Shown: in pieces, positions 25,355-36,994 of the stretch
Layout: the number at the start of each line of letters is the position of its first letter
How positions within the stretch are numbered: position 1 is the first letter of the stretch
Assembly: GCA_040954595.2 (NCBI GenBank)
Contig: CM082583.2
Coordinates: 2,180,925-2,244,924, forward strand
Length of the DNA: 64,000 nt
From: Balanoglossus misakiensis
Taxonomy: Eukaryota > Animalia > Hemichordata
Direction: 5' to 3'
The notes under the pieces: model-generated
Database searches by the model: none
Seen by the model: only the letters and a program-made list of their open reading frames with translations
What the model was told of the DNA's origin: nothing
Program-made: the position numbers and the translations under genes

Positions 25355-27672
25355 AGGTGTGTGAAGTTGGTTACTAGTTCCTAGTTCCTGGTTCCTTATT
25401 CGCCCCAGCCTGAATAAGGAACTGGGATTTGAAGTTAGTTACTAGTTCCTGGTTCCTTATTCGCCCCAGTCTGAATAAGGGACTGGTAACTAGTTCCTGG
25501 TTCCTTATTGGGTTTCCTACGGACTGGCTAAGCTGATGCTCCGGCAATCTGGAGAGGAAACACGCGTACATTGACCACGATGATCAAGTCACATTCCCGG
25601 TTACTTTAATATTGCCCGATTCCCGGTTACTTATTGCCCCAGTCTGAATAAGGAACTGGTTACTAGTTCCTGGTTCCTTATTCGATTCCCAGTTACTTAT
25701 TCGCCCCAGTCTGAATAAGGAACTGGTTACTAGTTCCTGGTTCCTTATTGGGTTTCCTACGGCCTGGCTTAGCTGATGCCCCGGCAATCTGGAGCGGAAA
25801 CACGCGTACATTGACCACGTTGATCAAGTCACATTTCCTTCGGCCTAGCTCGGCTAAAGCGCTGGCGCTCTATGACACAGACTGGCGTAAGTTAACAACG
25901 GTGATTACGTCGGATTTCCTACGGACTGGCTAAGCTGATGCCCCGGCAATCTGGAGAGGAAACACGCGTACATTGACCACGATGATCAAGTCACATTCCC
26001 GGTTACTTATTGCCCGATTCCCGGTTACGTATTGCCCCAGTCTGAATAAGGAACTGGTTACTAGTTCCTGGTTCCTTATTCGATTCCCAGTTACTTATTC
26101 GCCCCAGTCTGAATAAGGAACTGGTTATATACTCGTTCCTTATTCGATTCAATCTGAATATGCAGGTAATTCCCAGTTCCTGATTTTGTTCCTTATTCAA
26201 AATAACACATTTCACCCATTCTAAGGGACCGTTCAGTTTTTACGGCCGGGGGGGGGCGTTTGTGTCATCGGTTTTCTAAATCAGGCCGACCCCCCCTCCT
26301 TCACCCAGGACCAAAAAAATGATGACCCTTCCCCCTTTGACAGACCTAAAAATATGATGACCCCACGCCGAAAACATTCGCCGTCCTGATCCTATGTACT
26401 ATATGCAACAAAGGGAATGAGGCTCCTCACACCTCAATTATAAATTTCTTAAAGTATTATTGAAGTTTATAATAGTATATCATTGCAATAAAGAAATCTA
26501 CGAACAAATGAAAATGACAAGTCAAAACAATAGTTGCTAGAATTGGTAAAACAAGAAAAGTGGCGGGGAATGGAGGGGGTGGGTGTGGGAGGGTGTCCCC
26601 CTCCCACATTAGAAAATTTTGTAAAATATGTAGCGCAAAGTTGAATTTTAATGAACTCAAAAGCAAATTATCTCAATGTTCGGGAGGACCAATTTTACTT
26701 TTTGCCACTCCACTCAAAGTTAGCAGATTTAGCGTCATCTTCGTCATGACATCAATTATAAAACTTCTAGTATATAGAAGATGCAGGGCGAATCTATTAG
26801 TTATGCGAAATGGTTTAAACGATTATTCCCCTTTATGTATTTACTTTGTTAAATATTATCATTGGTGGGGTTGGGGTGGCAAGCACTCTGCTCTGGTACA
26901 CTGGACAAACCAGCAAAAAAATGAAATGTGGCGGAGAATGAAGGGGTGGGTGTGGGAGGGGTGTCCCCTCCCCCTCCCACATTAGAAAAGTTTGTAAAAT
27001 AAATGGCGCGAAACTGCAACTCAATTTTGTGGACTCAAAAGCAAAAGTTCGGTGGCAAAAGTATGTACCCCCCCCCCCACTCAATGTTTAAAAAACCCAG
27101 ATGACCCCCCCCCCTTTTGGACTTCAAAATTTAAGTGACCACCCCCCCCTGGATTTTGCCGCCCCCCCCCCCCCTCTACCCGGCCGTTAAAAACTGAACG
27201 GTCCCTAGAGTGCCGGGGCATCAGCTAAGCCAGGCCGTAGGAAACCCAATAAGGAACCAGGAACTAGTAACCAGTTCCTTATTCAGACTGGGGCAATACG
27301 TAACCGGGAATCGGGCAATAAGTAACCGGGAATGTGACTTGATCATCGTGGTCAATGTACGCGTGTTTCCTCTCCAGATTGCCGGGGCATCAGCTTAGCC
27401 AGTCCGTAGGAAATCCGACGTAATCACCGTTGTTAACTTACGCCAGTCTGTGTCATAGAGCGCCAGCGCTTTAGCCGAGCTAGGCCGAAGGAAATGTGAC
27501 TTGATCAACGTGGTCAATGTACGCGTGTTTCCGCTCCAGATTGCCGGGGCATCAGCTAAGTCAGGCCGTAGGAAACCCAATAAGGAACCAGGAACTAGTA
27601 ACCAGTCCCTTATTCAGACTGGGGCGAATAAGGAACCAGGAACTAGGAACTAGTAACCAACTTCACACACAT
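25355..27672. mobile_element. MuDR/Foldback-like non-autonomous element with modular tandem-repeat arms
   Basis: Inverted arms from a(g/t)gtgtgtgaagttggttactagttcc; 9-bp TSD cttttagcc / cttttagtc; internal units actagttcctggttccttattcgccccagtctgaataagg. Confidence 0.75.
26225..27205. mobile_element. PIF/Harbinger-type MITE inside the foldback
   Basis: TIR gggaccgttcagttttta / taaaaactgaacggtccc; flanks taa/tag; subterminal G/C runs. Confidence 0.7.
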
Positions 27673-27700
27673 CTTTTAGTCGGCTAACGCGAACCCAATG

Positions 27701-28564
27701 TGATGATCACAAGGTACTGGTGTTGAAACTTCAACTCCCAACCCTGTAATAAAATAGTTACAAATAAAAGTCAGCAACATCACTACTAAAATGTGAAATG
27801 TTAGAAAAACAAAGTGGACATGAACTGCACAGGATTTACTAGTATTAAACTACATGAGACAGAGCTAAACTATTGCATGATGCACATATTTATCACTGTT
27901 GTAAAACTTACATTTCAGGTGATTGGTGCTAAATATCATGGTCACTATTAAATAAATGCCAATAACAACCGCCAGCGATCAACATCTTAGATACTAGTAT
28001 TTGGGGTCACTTGACTTGAAAGAACATCAAAATTGTATCACTTGTGTGGGTGACAATGTCAATGGAATAAGAACACTTACTCGGAACACTGGCTTTAAAA
28101 CTGTCGTCCAGTACAACCTCTCCACACACCATAGTGTCAAACTCGGCACCCTGCAACTCGCTTTCGAGAACGTCTGACGCAGGTTCCTTAGACATCTTGT
28201 CTGGTTTCGAAGTAGGGATATGTGAGTCATACCGAAGACGTTTCCTACACTTAGGAGCTGGTCTGTGTCTGTGTGATAGGGGCTTTCCCCAGTTGTTGTA
28301 CTCGAACAAGGTTGGTACTGGATGGTTAGGTGAAGGGCCCTGACCCCCTTCAAAATGTCGCGAACACAACCTTGAGAATTTGTTGGGCTTCCAACACGGT
28401 TCTCTCCTTACCATACGAATCCATTGTAACCGCTGCCGCCGAGACTTACTTTCATTGGGAAACGGATGGAAAGTAACATTTTGCATCCATGGATATTTTT
28501 GCAGTTTTTTCAGCTTTGCAGTGGCAGAATTGCAACCAGGAGCTTTACAAAAGAAATTAGGCAT
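27701..28564 (-). pseudogene. THAP-domain transposase 5' part (2 exons), truncated
   Basis: MPNFFCKAPGC...FHPFP...WIRMVRR...WKPNKFSRLCSRHF...PVPTLF (C2CH THAP). Donor at 28080 (GTaagt) and acceptor before 27743 give RLGVEVSTPVPCDH; then interrupted by the hAT end. Confidence 0.85.
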
Positions 28565-29871
28565 CTTATGGACGTGTCCGCTTCTAAAAGTTCCAAAATT
28601 TGAAAAATAAATACTTATAGGACGTCTCCTTCTCCAGACGATCAATTTCTTACATCTAAGCGGCAGCCATTTTATACAGCGCCCTCAAACGGTGTTTAAC
28701 CCCAATAATCTTTCGTTTTCATGCATCTCGAATATCGCGTATTGCGGTCCGTGTAGCGATCGCGGTTATCAACCGAGTACGGACAGGTGTTATTTGAGAG
28801 ACTCTCAACGGATATACTACGATTTGATCTCAGAGGTGAGATCGATATGAGATCTCTTGTATAGAGATTACGGGAGATGCGAAGAGGTAAAAACGTGAGC
28901 TAGGCGTCAAAAGAGGATCACAGCTTCGGAATTTCCAGCCAATCGTCTTTCTGTATTTCTGCAATTCCTATAGCTATAGCTAGCCAATTAAATTGAACGA
29001 ACGATTTCGTCGGGAACCTGAGTTAGACTCCCCGGAGGCGAGATGAATTCGACCCGGTATCGTCCGATTAGCGCACCGGCAACGAATTTCTAATGATGCG
29101 ATGAATCAGAGTAGTATTTTATTAAATATTCCGACCGGACTTCGTAGTGTAGTTTCGTAATTTCGAAAAGTTTAGAGTTGTTTTGATGTAATGACAAAGT
29201 CGACGTTCTATATCGTGCATCACACGTATACATGCTCCGAGGTCGTGCCGTCGTACCACGACCAATGAACGATCTTCTCCCCGTCACGGTTATATTAGGG
29301 AGTCGAACAGACCGAAGTTTGATACATTGAGAACGGTATAAAAAGGGCAACGATGAGCTGGGAACGTTGCTCCACTCACCCGATCCGGCAACCACAGAAA
29401 CTAACCACGAGTACGAGACGATGAATTATTTCAGGCGGGACCAAGCAGGGAGACGAACACCCGTGCGTCGCCAACCAAAACACCGGTAACGTATCTACCA
29501 GCACCGTCGCCGAGGCGGATCCATCTTCCGCCCCATCTGCAGATTCTACACATAGCCGGCGCCGATCGTCTACACCCCAACCCATTCATCACGGCGATGT
29601 ATTCACCCCACTCGATCTCAATCGGGTGGAGAGGGTGGAGGACTCTCACAGTTACCGCCAATACTCCCATGGGGTCATCAAAGCAGAGACAACCACCAAA
29701 CGTACGTATACTACTTGCTGAAGAACCCGGCCACAACGTCAACTTCTAGTCCTCCGGTGGAGCCAGGGGCCATTCTGCAGCTGCCGACCGAACCGAGGAG
29801 GCCGCCAGCGGCAGCGACCGTCTCCTCCTGCGCCCGTACAGTAGGCCTAGCCGTTACGTTCAGCAAGGGAC

Positions 29872-29904
29872 CACAGGGGACTCTCCCTCCGCGATTTTGT
29901 TTGG

Positions 29905-29972
<68 letters not shown>

Positions 29973-30292
29973 GATTTTTGGCATAACAAACAAATACATA
30001 TTTCTTTGTTAATAAATATGGTTTGTTGACATGTAAAGGTTAGGGTATATTCGACAGGTTAGGGTTAGTGTTTCGATTCACGGCCCCGGGCATCACTAAG
30101 TGATATGTCCGGGGCCGTGGATCGAAAAAAATGCCAACACTGACCCTAACCGTTGATAATACCCTAACACTTACATGTCAACAAACCATATTTATTAATA
30201 AAGAAATATGTATGTTTATTATGCCAAAAATCATCATCAACAACAACAACAACAAACAAACAAACAAAATCGCGGAGGTAGAGTCCCCTGTG
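29872..30292. mobile_element. Palindromic MITE with 7-bp TSD (P-superfamily-like), containing (GTT)n
   Basis: TIR cacaggggactct.cctccgcgatttt; TSD aagggac at 29865-29871 and 30293-30299; the whole element folds back. Confidence 0.8.
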
Positions 30293-32349
30293 AAGGGACC
30301 AGGCCATCTGCCAATACCCCGGGGACCCACACCGAGAAGAGAAGGCGGGGAACCTCGTCGGCGAAGAAGGGCACTGCCGGCCGGCCATGCCAGAACCAGC
30401 ACCGGTCGACCTAAGTTTACAGCTACTCGAGCTCAGCCCTGAAGACGAGGAGAACTTAGATCTGCCGCCGAGGACACCAGGGAGAGACGAGTAATGTTAC
30501 TATTGAACTCTTTACTAGACTTCAGTCATTTTCGAACATTTTATGCATTTTTCTTATCTAAAAATTGTAAAGCTGTACGGGGTGGGGTGTCCCTTCCCAT
30601 AAAAGGGAAATCCGGTGTAGCTGATTTCTACATAATTTGGAGCTTTGAGGTCACTCTTTCAGAAAAAAATCATATTCACCCTGTATAAGTTGCGCGATTT
30701 TTTACAAAATCGAGGGAAAGTTGGCAGAATTTCCAATATGGCGTTTACTGTAATTTGAATCATGGGAAAAAAGCGCCATGACCAACTTCCGCCCACCTTT
30801 GGTGTGGGTGATACCATTTTCCGATTGGTGTCACTGGGCGACAGACTAGGTGTATTTGCATAGCTATTGTGTGTTCTTTGCATCAGTTGATAAACAATCA
30901 TCAGCAAAGTCGAAAATTTGTCATAACCCATGAAAAATATGCGAATATGCTTAGAACATTTAAAAATAGCGTCAAGGACACTGTGGTCCCATTTGAGGAT
31001 TATGCGGAAACAGTGAGACACCAGAATAAAAATTACAGGTGACATTGCAAGCAGATATGATCTTACCATATAGAAATATGGAATGTAAAAATTAACAAGG
31101 AAAATGCCCAATAAACTGTCATGTGTCATGGCAGTCTTACAAGTGGTGCTAGAAAAAATAATTGTCCAAAAATTGTCTGTACAAATACATATGAGAAGCA
31201 ACTTCTTTCAGTCAGCCCTGGAACAGACAGTCACACAGACACACACAGTGTTGCAGCCAGGAATTTTATAACAGGGGACATTGTGTCCCCGCACTATTTA
31301 TTTTGGGGGACATTTTGCATATTTTGGGGACAACATAAACCATGGACATACATGTATGTCCATGCATAAACGTTACACGTACACATACATACACAAAGAC
31401 ATACCACATTAAATTGTATAATTTGATGTTTTTTAATAAAACACTCAGACTCCTTGGTCTGTGTCACAATGACCATATACTTTAACCTGCATTGTGTACA
31501 AATTGTACAAATCCCGTGTTCACAACAGTCAAGATCTGATCACTATTGTTCTGATAATTAAAGTCACTGCCGATTACTGTTTATGCGTCTTTGTTTTACT
31601 TTTCTGATTTTGATTACATTCAAGATCTTTTAAATCGGCTTCATCTCTAAATGAAGTTTTTACCAAAATATCAGAAAGATGAATAATCCCCCCTTTTTAT
31701 ACAAATAAGGATGAAAAACAGACTTGTTGTTGACAAGAATTCTGGCTTTATTCCAAATAACCTGCTCAGCTGGAGGGGTGGAGGAAAAATGACTAATTTA
31801 AATTCTTTCAAGTCCTTTATTATTTTAGGAGTAAATTTGAGAAAACTTGTTCCCCATTATATAAAATCCATAGGGTATTTCTAAAAGCTAGGGAATTCAT
31901 TCCAAGATCAACTGTTGTCTGACTAGGGGTCCTAAGGCATGTAATAAGAATACTCTCAACTCTGTCTTTTTGGAGTCTTATCCAAGAAATTAGCAGTTGA
32001 CTCTACATTAAAAGTTCAGTGGGAGGATTTTCAACAAAACTGAGACTGCTGGTACTCATGTGGACAGAGTTGGTTTCAGAAGCAATTGGAGTCACGGTAG
32101 TTCACTGCCTGCACAGCTGAGTCCGATATATAGGCGTGATATCGCAATGTATTACTATTACAATTCCCAAGAGGGTGGCTGCGTGTACGTAAACTGTATC
32201 AGTCGGCCCGATCGCCAAAAAAGGAAATCTCATGAATATTTAAATTTGGTGTCAGAGGTAACTTTTCGGCCAATCAGATCGCTCGAGACAATCAGTTCCA
32301 GAGAAAATTCGCATGCCCTCGGTTTTAGTTCTGTTAAATGAAGTCAAAT

Positions 32350-32910
32350 TCGCCTAAATACTCAAATTTTTGCCTGAGGATTCCTTGAAAGGTGCTCTAG
32401 CGATCTACCGATGCGTTTTGAAATCGACCGTTGCGTTTTTTAGCGACAGCTGATAATTTCTGCCATGCCCAAGTCCCCACTGTCAACAACGGCGATGATG
32501 GCTATTCTTGTATGCTTCCGGGTTTTAGTCCGGAGTTTTACAAATGAAGTTCAATTAAATAAAATCTACGTCGCCTAAATGCCCAGGATTTTGTCCGAGG
32601 ATACATTGATACACGCTCTAGCTATCTACCGATGTGTTTTGAAATCGATCGTTGCGTTTTTTAGCGATAGCTGATAATTTCTGCCATGCCTACGTTCTCG
32701 ATCTCACTGTCGACAACGGCGATGATGGCTATTCTTGTATGCTTCTGAAGTTTTAGTGCGGGGTCTTAGTTCAATTAAATAAAATTTAGGTCGCCTAAAC
32801 GCTCAGGATTTTGTCCGAGGACACATTGATACACGCTCTAGCGATCTACCGTTGCGTTTTGCAATCGGCCGTTGCGTTTTGTAGCGACAACTGATAATTT
32901 CTGCCATGCC
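32350..32910 (+). repeat. ~220-bp tandem repeat (about 2.5 copies) inside the MITE
   Basis: tcgcctaaa...gctctagcgatctaccgatgcgttttgaaatcg...gctgataatttctgccatgcc starts at 32350, 32571 and 32791. Confidence 0.85.
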
Positions 32911-32940
32911 CTCACTATATACACAAGGAGCTCCGTGCTA

Positions 32941-33071
32941 TATTTAAAGCCGCATTACTACGCGATATATATCCGCATATGCTAATTTATTATGAATATT
33001 CATGAGAACCCGTATAAAAGTTAGCGAATATCCGCACATGGGCTCAGTACCATTCCTTAACCACGGAGGCA
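32941..33071 (+). repeat. Split direct repeat A1 (A2 at 38547-38678)
   Basis: tatttaaagccgcat(t/c)actacgcgatatatatccg...ccttaaccac(a)ggaggcagca; the two copies differ by 1 substitution and 1 indel. Confidence 0.92.
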
Positions 33072-33087
33072 GCATATAGCAGAGAAG

Positions 33088-34441
33088 ATGGCTCAACCAC
33101 CTGTACGGGTAAACCCGCCACCACCACCACCGGCCACAGAAGAGGCACAGCCGAGTGCTACCCAAGCTGTCGCAGCGTTCCTAGCTGCACACAGGCCTTC
33201 TACCAGCCAAAGTAGTAATGCCGGCTCCCAATCTCAGCCAACTCAGCAAAGGGCGACGAGCCGACCAGATAGTCAAGTTCCGGGTCCGAGTCGTCAAGGG
33301 AACGCTCAAACGACCGCAGATAATGAGGTACATATAAATCCTTTCTCGTGTACACCTTATTTATTGTTCATTCCGATGTCTAGACATGTACGTTTCATTC
33401 GGCATGCCCCATTACTTTGTTAACGGGTTTTCTCGACGCCAATTATACTACAGCGTACACCTGTTGAATTCCTGCATACCACCTGCCCCCTATGTGAATG
33501 TTTGTATCCTCATTTGAATATGCATGGAGTGGAAAACCGTGACATGGCCCCACTGCCAGGTGCCTGTACATTTTCGATAGAACAATGCGGCCCAGTTTTA
33601 TGAAATAGAGCATTGGGGCTCGATGATTGAAATAGAGCAGTGAAGCTCGGTTATTGAAATAGAGCAGTGAAGCTCGGTTATCGAAATAGAGCAGTGAAGC
33701 TCGGTTATTGAAAAAGAGCAGTGGAGCTCGGTTATTGAAATAGATGTATGTGTATACAAAATAACAATAATGAAGCAATGAGGCTCATAATGAAATGAAG
33801 GTACGAGGCTCTGAAAGGAAGGAGAATTGATTCAAAATAATGTTAACCTTTGTACATGGGCGTTAGTGTTACTGTGATGTACTCATTACAAAACGGTGTT
33901 TGTATTGTAGGTGAATGAACAGCTATTGGAGCTGAAACAGAAACTACTGTTATTGGAAAAGAATGCTGGGACAGCATCTGTCGAAGAGGCTTTACAAAAG
34001 CTAATGGAGATGGCCCACAATCCAGCAGTCGTATCCCGAACCCAACTACTTAATGCTTTGAGGGCACTGGTCGACAGAGCGACAGCCACCGCACATCCAA
34101 AATTGCATCGTTTTCGAGCGGTGCTCTCCCAGTTTGAATCTACCTATTTCGGGGAAGATGCGGGGAGATTAATTATTCTATTATTGGGAAATAAAGAAGA
34201 GGAAGAAATAGCTTCAAAAGTGTACAAGTTTATGAAACACTCTGGCTCATCTAATCAGTTCTCTCAATATGAATCGGGACGATATATGCCCTATCCACTT
34301 CGTGCATCATATACCCGCACACCGTATTCTCCCTACTATAGAAGAGAGCAACCAAGAAATTCGGCTGGAAAATCCGGAATTAAATGCTATGTATGTGCGA
34401 AGTTGGGGCACATTGCGAGGGACTGCCCCGACAAAAAATAA
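33088..34441 (+). CDS. gag: Spliced Gag-like ORF1 (exons 33088-33327 and 33911-34441)
   Basis: Pro/Gln/Ser-rich 80-codon exon ending gag|GTacat; acceptor ttgtattgtAG|gtg in phase 0; coiled-coil and C-terminal CCHC knuckle CYVCAKLGHIARDC. Confidence 0.75.
33601..33745 (+). repeat. 27-bp tandem array (5+ copies), each with a GAGC-N6-GCTC hairpin
   Basis: tgaaatagagcagtgaagctcggttat repeated head-to-tail. Confidence 0.9.
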
Positions 34442-34698
34442 TGTATTGTACTGATAATCGTATAACTTTTCCGATGATGCATTGAAATATTCAAAAAAAA
34501 TAAATAAGTAATATGACTCTGTAATCTCAGTGTTTGTGTAGTTTATTTTCCTTTCCCTTCGGACAGGGGGGCTAACAATAACAGCCCTATGCCTTTAAAA
34601 GCAACCTGCCTTCGCAGGGTCCTGTCTGGGGGGTCGCCCTCGAAAAAAAAAAAAAAAAAAAAAGTGTCCTAAGCTTTGCTGTTTTCCTTTTGTTTCAG

Positions 34699-36879
34699 TT
34701 TTTGACCCCACAGTGGGAACTGAACTACCCCGTTCATCAAGCAAGTGGTGGACGTGTCTCGTATTCATGGGTATCATGGGAGGGCGCCCCCAGACAGGAA
34801 GTGATGGGAGGGAATCCAGCTGTCGAAGAGGTCGCCTTTGGAAGAACCCTGTCCCGCCCCCAAGAGTTAAATTATAGAAATGCAGCTGAATTTAAGGCTG
34901 GTGAAGTCCATCAACATCTTCAAGAATGGGATCGCATCACAAATGGGCTAGACAACAAAGACTTAGTTATGTCATGGTTGCGGGAGAAAGTCAAAATCTC
35001 GGATTACACTCGTCACTTTTCGGGACAATTTAAAGGAGTCGAATACGATCACGATACACCCCCTCACAAGTTATTTTACAACAACCCGAATTGTAGTAAA
35101 TTTTGGAGAATTTATTGCTAATACCCTGCAAGATAGAATCAAGTCTGGAGCCATTTCGGTGTGGGGCAGAGTAGGGTGTGCCCCTCCCCCTCATATAGTT
35201 ATGCCCATCACAATTGAACCCCAAAAGCCTCGTCTATGTATCGATATGAGATTTCTCAACCTTTGGATGAAGGACATGCCTTTTAAATTGGATAAGCTGA
35301 TAGAAGTTTCAAAATACCTGCAATCGTGTGATTATCAAATAAAATGCGATGACAAGAGCGGATACGATCACATCCTACTGGCAGAGGACGAAAGGCGTTA
35401 CGTTGGTTTCCAGTGGGCGGGATCCTGGTATGTGAACAACACTCTACCGTTTGGATGGAAATTATCCGCCTTCATATACCAGAACGTGGGATACTGTATT
35501 ACCAGCTATGCGAGGTCTCTTGGCGTACCATGTATACAGTACATCGACGACAGACATGTGGGCGCACTATGCTTACCACAAGCAACTACCGACAACGAAT
35601 GGACCAGGTACCAACTCACTGAAGCTGCGGCCTATATATTAATCAAGTTATGTATAGATGCGGGATATTTTATATCTTTAGAAAAGAGCGTCCTCAGACC
35701 AACACAGTCTCTAATTATGCTGGGTATGACCGTCGACACAGTAGCCAACGCATTCTCAATACCCGACGAGAAGAGGCATACTTTTATAACGCTAGTTAAC
35801 CAAGTATTGGACGGTCGTATCGCTCCATTATCATCCCTACAAAGGATCATGGGAAAGTGTGTCTCGTTCTCCCTTGCTATCCCGTGTGCTCGTCTATATA
35901 TCCGTCAGATGGCACGCTCAATTGCTGCCGCAAATAAACAGGCAAAGTACATGGTGCCAATCAAAGGCCCACTCAGAGAAGAATTGCAAGAGTGGGTACA
36001 AGTGGTCACAACCCCAAGGACATTCCATTGGCCAACTGAAAACCATGTCCGGGTAACCATGTCTACAGACGCCAGTTCTTACAAATGGGGTGCTGTATTA
36101 CATAGATCGGACACAGAAGCCACGGATACCACTGTCAGTGATATGTGGGAGACAGTATGGAGACAAAACCCAATCGTCCTGAAGGAGGCGGAAGCGCTGT
36201 CTCGAGCACTGATCGCATTCCAGGGATCTGTTAAGAACACGCGGCTCGATGTACACGTGGATTCTATGACACTGGTCCAAGTATGGTCAAATGGAGTCCC
36301 AGGCACCAAATCGAACGCCCTCAACGAAATTATCAGGAAAATATTCGTTTTTGCGTGGACAACAACGTCACACTGAAGCTAATACATGTCAGATCCGCAG
36401 AAAACGAAGCTGATGGAGCATCTCGCGATATCTCACTAAAGAATTCAAGTCTGTCTCCACGTGCGTGGCAATTACTGGAAGAGAAATTTGGCCCACACCA
36501 CGTTGATGCAATGGCAAACAGCTCAAATGCAAAACTAACACGGTTCGTCTCCCCATTTCAGCAAACCAGAAGTGAAGGTGTCAACTTTTTCCAGCACACA
36601 TTTTCTAGGCAGGAAACCTTATATGTCTACCCGCCATTTCCATTGGTGCATGCGGTCCTCCGACACATCGTAGATAAACGGTATACAGCCACAGTCATAG
36701 TCCCAAGAGGGCGCTTCTTGGAGCCGTTCTGGCCACTGATACGTCAAAAAGCAACACACACGAAGCTAATTGGTAAAAAGGGAGAAGAAGGGGTCATTCA
36801 AGCGCCATCGCGAAATGGTTACAATGAATTTCTACTTCGCTGCGATTTATATGCAGTGATTTTCAAACCCAGCACTTAA
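34699..36879 (+). CDS. pol: Reverse transcriptase / RNase H / DNA adenine-MTase-like polyprotein (two 1-nt frameshifts in T-runs)
   Basis: KPRLCIDMRFLN, DDKSGYDH, LPFGW, YIDD; RNase H STDASSYKWG, LKEAEA, VHVDS, NEADGASR; MT-like VDAMAN...YVYPPF...VIVP. Shifts at ~35101 and ~36350. Confidence 0.88.
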
Positions 36880-36994
36880 ATTCCCAGTAATTATAATGTA
36901 CAAATACATTTCGACACAATGGCATCCATATGTGACAATATTAGGCTCAATATCGCATCTAAACTACAATAGTATTTCCTTTGTCTCCCATCAG

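Larger units (their letters stand above)
18404..28747. mobile_element. THAP + SAP/nuclease two-gene DNA transposon (ISL2EU/PIF-Harbinger-related), internally deleted, with nested insertions
   Basis: ~70-bp TIRs at 18404-18475 and 28676-28747 (aatacgcgatattcgag..gaaaacgaaagattattggggttaaac.ccgt.tgagggcgctgt); flanks tccat/tccgt; convergent genes start just inside each TIR. Confidence 0.7.
13200..30494 (+). mobile_element. Degenerate Gypsy LTR retrotransposon 1 (outer host of nested insertions; both boundaries approximate, no 3' LTR found)
   Basis: LTR-like region with tatataagg (13379), AATAAA (13495) and end ...ctcgaCA (13662), then PBS, gag and pol fragments. The pol end resumes after 28747 (KRYGEW/SV*). 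Confidence 0.75.

Noticed and set aside
25374-27660. Repeated short ORFs and repeat/spacer look of the foldback arms
   Set aside because: These are translations of tandem subterminal modules; the intervening sequences are repeated too.
29711-30029. Poly-Val and poly-Thr ORFs
   Set aside because: Translation of the (GTT)n microsatellite in a MITE.
30037-30170. TTAGGG motifs as a telomere or telomere-healing site
   Set aside because: Only 2-3 scattered copies, placed symmetrically inside a TSD-flanked MITE.
33601-33745. CRISPR-like appearance of the 27-bp hairpin repeats
   Set aside because: Units are head-to-tail with no unique spacers, there are no cas genes, and the context is a eukaryotic retroelement.
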